A DNA stretch of 64,000 bases from Bacteroidia bacterium (GTDB taxonomy: Bacteria; Bacteroidota; Bacteroidia; SXHM01), in contig JAJVIC010000003.1 in NCBI GenBank assembly GCA_022072225.1, forward strand, positions 28,688 to 92,687. Direction: 5' to 3'. Numbering within the stretch: position 1 is the first letter of the stretch; each line of letters opens with the position of its first letter. A program made the translations under genes and the position numbers. Below are positions 60,601 to 64,000 of the stretch, piece after piece. The notes under the pieces were generated by a model. The model was not told where the DNA came from. It did no database searches and saw nothing but the letters and a program-made list of their open reading frames with translations.

Positions 60601-60716
60601 TGGCTTGGGTAATCATTGGTGGACTTCTTTCCTCTTTAATTTTGACCGTATTTTTAGTTCCGATGGTCTATTATTTAGTTGACACAGCGAAAGAAAAAAT
60701 AAACAGAAGAAAATAG
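57624..60716 (+). CDS. RND efflux permease (AcrB/AcrD/AcrF family)
   Basis: SIKRP, YPGA, GILVDDAVVVLENI, KNAILIVDF, RMRPILMT. Confidence 0.95.
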   Translation: MNITEISIKRPSLIIVLFSVFTLLGFIGFKNLSYELMPDFNQPVVVIKTVYPGAEPNEVETSVSRKIEDALSNLEGVDYLVTKSLPNASIIIANLKYGTDLDKTMQDAQRYIDNIRKDLPQDILSPVMSKVSPNDLPIMSISATSNLSPTEFYQKMKDDYLPQIQQIKGVAEITVLGGEEREIQVKINQDKLKLYKISMVQVVEAINRSGLDLPAGKVQTEKESNSVRLTGKFTSLEDIKKVQVAMPVIGSPVYVKDIANVIDGIKETTSISRYNGKNGIGLMLKKQGDANAVDVSKLVRAKFKSIEQQNSNAGVRFIIADDSTDNTIAAVNSVVFDLVLAVILVSLVMLLFLRSFRNSLIVIVAIPTSLVTAFAVMWLLGYTLNLMTLLAMSLIIGILVDDAVVVLENIQKHLDKGKDKRIAAMDGRMEIGFAALSITLVDVVVFLPILFLQVFVADMLKQFSVVVVTSTLTSLLVGFTLTPWLASRIGKKEDLQPTNFFNRFLLWFEHQLEKFTNWYGRQLEWVLSHKLIFTGIVLLLFVMTLGIMKQGIIGKELISTGDQGKFKMALEFDKSTSIQQNNLIAQKIETYIIQQPEVATVFSNIGGPSTGIGSLGVGSANKTEFTIQLKSKKELKNLPTEGFMKKLREELKTKFPSINYSMAALGLIPRSAPIEITLSGSNLNQVMKSGNELKAIIEKMPGADNVRLSVETGSPEYKIIPDKDKMQRLGLTTAYVGLNLRTAFTGNDDATLTENGTEYPVRIWLDEFSRQNFEDVQQLSIINPMGIPVEVSQFTNIEQDNSPSLLERKDRQPAVTLTADALGRPSGTVADDVVAYLKENPLPNGIQMTWGSDIKRQNDSFGALGSVLLISFLLIYLIMIALYDSFIYPFVVLFSIPVAAIGAFFALNLSLSNLSLFALLGLIMLMGLVVKNAILIVDFTNQLKAEGKHFKEALIIAGKGRMRPILMTTLSMVVGMLPIAMATGTAAEWKNGLAWVIIGGLLSSLILTVFLVPMVYYLVDTAKEKINRRK

Positions 60717-60832
60717 CCATCACACAGGTGTAAGCACATTTGCAATTCGCACAAAATTTTTAAAACCTGCAACCACACAGGGGGTACAAAAGTAACTCTC
60801 TGCCTTCCGGCTCACTTTTTCACACAGGTATT

Positions 60833-61169
60833 TAGCTCAACCTCAGCAATGGCTCACTTATTCCAAGGAATGGCTGGCTTATTCCAAGGAATGGCTCACT
60901 TATTCCAAGGAATGGCTAGCTCAACCTCAGCAATGGCTCACTTATTCCAAGGAATGGCTAGCTCAACCTCAGCAATGGCTCACTTATTCCAAGGAATGGC
61001 TAGCTCAACCTCAGCAATGGCTCACTTATTCCAAGGAATGGCTCACTCACTCCAAGGAATGGCTGGCTCACTCCCTGCCTTCCGGCTCCCACTCCCTGCC
61101 GGCAATACGTTAGCCACTGCCGGCAATAAGCTGTCCATTGCCTTCCGTCAGTTACTTATTGCCTTCCCT
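60833..61169 (+). repeat. mosaic 21-bp-phased tandem array (11 AATGGCT units, then CTTCC and CGGCAAT units)
   Basis: AATGGCT every 21 bp from 60848 to 61058; register continues at 61079, 61100, 61121, 61142. Confidence 0.93.
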
Positions 61170-61176
61170 ACACCAA

Positions 61177-61344
61177 AAAGGGGAGCCCCTATCCAGAAAG
61201 GGGGACCCCCTGCGCGAAAAAGGGGAACTCTTGCATGAAAAAGGGGAGCCCCTATCCATAAAGGGGGAGCCCTTGCGCGAAATAGGGGAGTCTCTACACC
61301 AAAAAGGGGAGCCCCTATGTGAGAGAGGGCCCCCCCCTGCACCC
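61177..61344 (+). repeat. 21-bp tandem array, 8 units with palindromic AGGGG-AG-CCCCT core
   Basis: aaaggggagcccctatccaga-type units; translates as KGEPLxx. Confidence 0.88.
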
Positions 61345-61361
61345 TAAACTTCTTTATAAAC

Positions 61362-61375
61362 ATGAGCATCATCAT
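61362..61375 (+). promoter_or_regulatory. Crp/Fnr-type operator upstream of mbnP
   Basis: AAC-ATGA-GCATCA-TCAT-TGTT; TTTG at 61403-61406. Confidence 0.7.
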
Positions 61376-61428
61376 TGTTCCACCCTCTGTATGTTAGCTT
61401 ACTTTGTATCACTAAAATTCAGTTTTCC

Positions 61429-62139
61429 ATGAAAAGATTAATTTATCTTATTCCTGTTCTCCTTCTTTTTACTTCATGCCTAAATGACAAAGGAGAAGTT
61501 TGCACCAATTTGGATATTGTAATCAACCATAAGGTGGGCGGAGATGCCCTGCAATACAATATGTATAACTACACCAATGCAGCCGGAAACCTTTACGAAG
61601 TAACCGCCCTGCGCTATTACCTTACCAACTTTGTTTTTCATAACAGCGATGGTTCTCAATATGCCAACAACGGTATATATTATGTTGATGCAAATGATGC
61701 CGGCACAACTACCATAAAAATTACCGAAATGCCGGCAGGAAATTATAACGGAATATCATTCAAATTAGGGCTTACACCTGCACAAAATATTACAAACAGT
61801 TTGCCTAACATTACCGTAAATAATAACATGGCTTGGCCCGACCAAATGGGCGGAGGTTATCATTTCATGAAATTTGAAGGTCATTTTACATCCGGCAGCG
61901 GTCAAGCCGATGGATTTGCCATACACTTAGGCACCGATGTAGCTTTGGTAAACATCCATTTAGACCAACTATTTGAAACCAAAGAACAAACCACCACACT
62001 TAACCTGAGCATGAACCTGAACGAATGGTTTACCAACCCAACTACATTTGACCTCGACAGTCTGAGCTACACCATGGGTAACCCATCAGGAATGGCATTA
62101 GTAGCAGCAAATGGAGCAGATGTATTCACCATTGAATAA
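61429..62139 (+). CDS. mbnP: MbnP family copper-binding lipoprotein
   Basis: Start MKRL, lipobox TSC, LRYYLTN, G.Y.GISF.LG, GYHFMKFEG, IHLG; adjacent to diheme peroxidase. Confidence 0.8.
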   Translation: MKRLIYLIPVLLLFTSCLNDKGEVCTNLDIVINHKVGGDALQYNMYNYTNAAGNLYEVTALRYYLTNFVFHNSDGSQYANNGIYYVDANDAGTTTIKITEMPAGNYNGISFKLGLTPAQNITNSLPNITVNNNMAWPDQMGGGYHFMKFEGHFTSGSGQADGFAIHLGTDVALVNIHLDQLFETKEQTTTLNLSMNLNEWFTNPTTFDLDSLSYTMGNPSGMALVAANGADVFTIE

Positions 62140-63190
62140 ATTAGTTTACATCGGCAGCACACTTATTATAGCCGTGCTGCTTATTACAGGTTGCAAAAAA
62201 GACAACCCACCCGATACTGATTATTCGCCAACACCCTACACCCTTGTTATTCCGCAAGGCTTCCCCGAAATGCCCATTCCCGATTATAATCCTATGACCG
62301 AAGAAGGCGTGGCATTGGGACGCAAACTCTATTACGACCCCATCCTAAGCATGAACGGACGCTCTTGCTCATCGTGTCACTTTCAGGAATTTTCGTTCTC
62401 GGTTCCCATAATCGGTCCTACCGGAAACAACGTAATGCCGCATCTTAATCTGGGCTGGAAAAGCAATTACCTCTGGTTTGGAGGCGAACATCAGCTCGAC
62501 CATATTCCCCTTGCCGACCTTGTAGAAGGCAATGTTTTCCTCAACGCCAATAACGATACCATGCTGGCGCGGCTAAGCAATCACCCCTACTATCCCGAAC
62601 TGTTTGAAAAAGCATTCGGTATTGATATTGCCGCAGTTTCCATGCAAGACCGCCACCACTATATCAGCTATGCACTTGCGCAATTTTTGCGCACACTCAT
62701 TTCAGCCAACTCACGCTTCGACCAATACACACGCCACGAAATACAACTTACTCCAAGCGAAATAAACGGCTACATTATTTTCAATACCGAAAAAGGCGAT
62801 TGCTTCCACTGCCACGGCAGCATATTATTTAGCGATAACGAACCCCGCAACAACGGAAACGATTCCATTTTTACAGGAAATAATCAGGGTAGATTTATTG
62901 TTACCAATGATTCAAACGACATGGGAAAATTTATTTCGCCCACGCTGCGCAACATTCAACTTACCGCGCCTTACATGCACGATGGGCGATTTGCCACCTT
63001 GGAAGAAGTAGTGGAGTTTTACAACTCAGGCGTAAAACGCTCGCCCACCGTTGACCCCATTATGACCAAGCCCGGAAAAGAATACGGACTGCAACTCACG
63101 CAACAGGAAAAAGATGATCTGGTTGCCTTCCTCAAAACACTTACCGATACATCCTACATTAATAACCCGGCTTTCACCAACCCCAACTGA
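62111..63190 (+). CDS. MbnH/MauG-like diheme cytochrome c peroxidase (start may be 62120 or 62132)
   Basis: NPMTEEGVALGRKLYYDP, CSSCH, CFHCH, PTLRN, APYMHDG. Confidence 0.88.
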   Translation: MEQMYSPLNKLVYIGSTLIIAVLLITGCKKDNPPDTDYSPTPYTLVIPQGFPEMPIPDYNPMTEEGVALGRKLYYDPILSMNGRSCSSCHFQEFSFSVPIIGPTGNNVMPHLNLGWKSNYLWFGGEHQLDHIPLADLVEGNVFLNANNDTMLARLSNHPYYPELFEKAFGIDIAAVSMQDRHHYISYALAQFLRTLISANSRFDQYTRHEIQLTPSEINGYIIFNTEKGDCFHCHGSILFSDNEPRNNGNDSIFTGNNQGRFIVTNDSNDMGKFISPTLRNIQLTAPYMHDGRFATLEEVVEFYNSGVKRSPTVDPIMTKPGKEYGLQLTQQEKDDLVAFLKTLTDTSYINNPAFTNPN

Positions 63191-63208
63191 GTTTCTTTAC
63201 GCGGGTAA

Positions 63209-64000
63209 TTACATCTTAACAAACTTACCTGCCGAAATTATTTTGTCTCCGGCTGTAATGCGGAACAAATAAATCCCTTTGTTCAGGTGGTCAATAGAAT
63301 AAGAATATTGGGTGCCGTTCAGTTTTTCAATTCTTGCCAGGGTTCTTCCGGTAATGTCGGTAATTTCAACTATGGCATCTCTGAAAACAAAAGAGCCGGT
63401 GGCAGCAAAAATAATTTCGTGGGTTGCAGGGTTAGGATAAGTTATCACCAGATTGGTTTCATCCGCAGACAATGAAAAGAGTTCATCTGCCTGTTCGTTA
63501 CCATTTTGTTCAACATTGGTGATAATATCAGGAATGGTAACCGTATCGTCCACCACAATTATTACCGTATCAACCAAACCGCGGTAACTGAGCGCCACCT
63601 GTGTTTCGCCCGGCTGATGGGCTTTAAAAATATTTCCGGTAACATTAGAAGCTATAGCGGGATCAAGCACTTCAAAAACCAAGCTATCGGAATAACTTAC
63701 GTTGCGCCACTGGTTTGAAGTGTTTTTTGCATCAACCATAAAACTGCCTTTTTTTCCTGCCGTAAGAAAAAGTTTTTCGGGATAACCCTGAAGTTGTGTA
63801 TAGCTGTAACCATTATAATCTTGCACTACAATTTCAAAAGTATCAACAAACAGAATTCCGGTGTTATCATATCCAAGCAACGCAACTTTTGCTTTCTCAA
63901 AAATCTGGTTGGGGATTGCCATGGTAACAGCAGCAGAAGGTCCTGCAGTATCAACCATAATCATTGCCTCGGTGCCCGAAGCCACCACCATTACCATTCG
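63209..64000 (-). CDS. T9SS type A CTD protein, 5' end outside window
   Basis: Ig-like segment then TYPNP...KGIYLF...GKFVKM. Confidence 0.8.
   Translation of the reverse strand, partial: RMVMVVASGTEAMIMVDTAGPSAAVTMAIPNQIFEKAKVALLGYDNTGILFVDTFEIVVQDYNGYSYTQLQGYPEKLFLTAGKKGSFMVDAKNTSNQWRNVSYSDSLVFEVLDPAIASNVTGNIFKAHQPGETQVALSYRGLVDTVIIVVDDTVTIPDIITNVEQNGNEQADELFSLSADETNLVITYPNPATHEIIFAATGSFVFRDAIVEITDITGRTLARIEKLNGTQYSYSIDHLNKGIYLFRITAGDKIISAGKFVKM

Noticed and set aside
60833-61344. CRISPR or TIGR-type guide array; also the overlapping ORFs 60849-61238, 61138-61347 and 61148-61375 as real genes
   Set aside because: Variable segments are reused rather than unique, and no Cas or Nop-domain gene is adjacent. 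Open frames on both strands are expected from stop-free 21-bp units, so coding status is unsupported
1-64000. tRNA, rRNA, intact transposase, integrase or reverse transcriptase
   Set aside because: None recognised in the sequence or ORF track; a short RNA could have been missed by eye

Overview
Bacteroidota chromosomal segment (several T9SS C-terminal sorting domains, TAnnTTTG-type promoters) that reads as a compositionally mosaic low-oxygen/redox island. Left to right: hsdR remnant; an operon with two T9SS cargoes (Reeler-like, lysyl-oxidase-like), a NapH-like polyferredoxin-TPR fusion, c-type cytochromes, OM barrels, U32 protein and ferredoxin; an FNR-like regulator; a minus-strand block (HTH-less Crp, methyltransferase, UbiA, hemerythrin); a Moco biosynthesis operon with a ModE box; lipid-modifying enzymes; a PAS-SpoIIE phosphatase; a structured leader, 21-bp array and 229-aa unknown gene; secreted proteins; a glycyl radical enzyme with activase; a cytochrome/peroxidase/beta-helix operon divergent from a norCB-like pair with a rebuilt active site; a TetR-RND block; a second mosaic 21-bp array; mbnP/mbnH-like genes. 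Main signals: (1) a palindrome ATGA-N6-TCAT recurs 12 times in intergenic DNA, usually ending 30-31 bp before a TTTG promoter element, implying one Crp/Fnr regulon; (2) the NorB homologue lacks canonical FeB and heme ligands; (3) two related 21-bp-phased palindromic arrays lie 28 kb apart. All family assignments are by motif recognition, with no database search.
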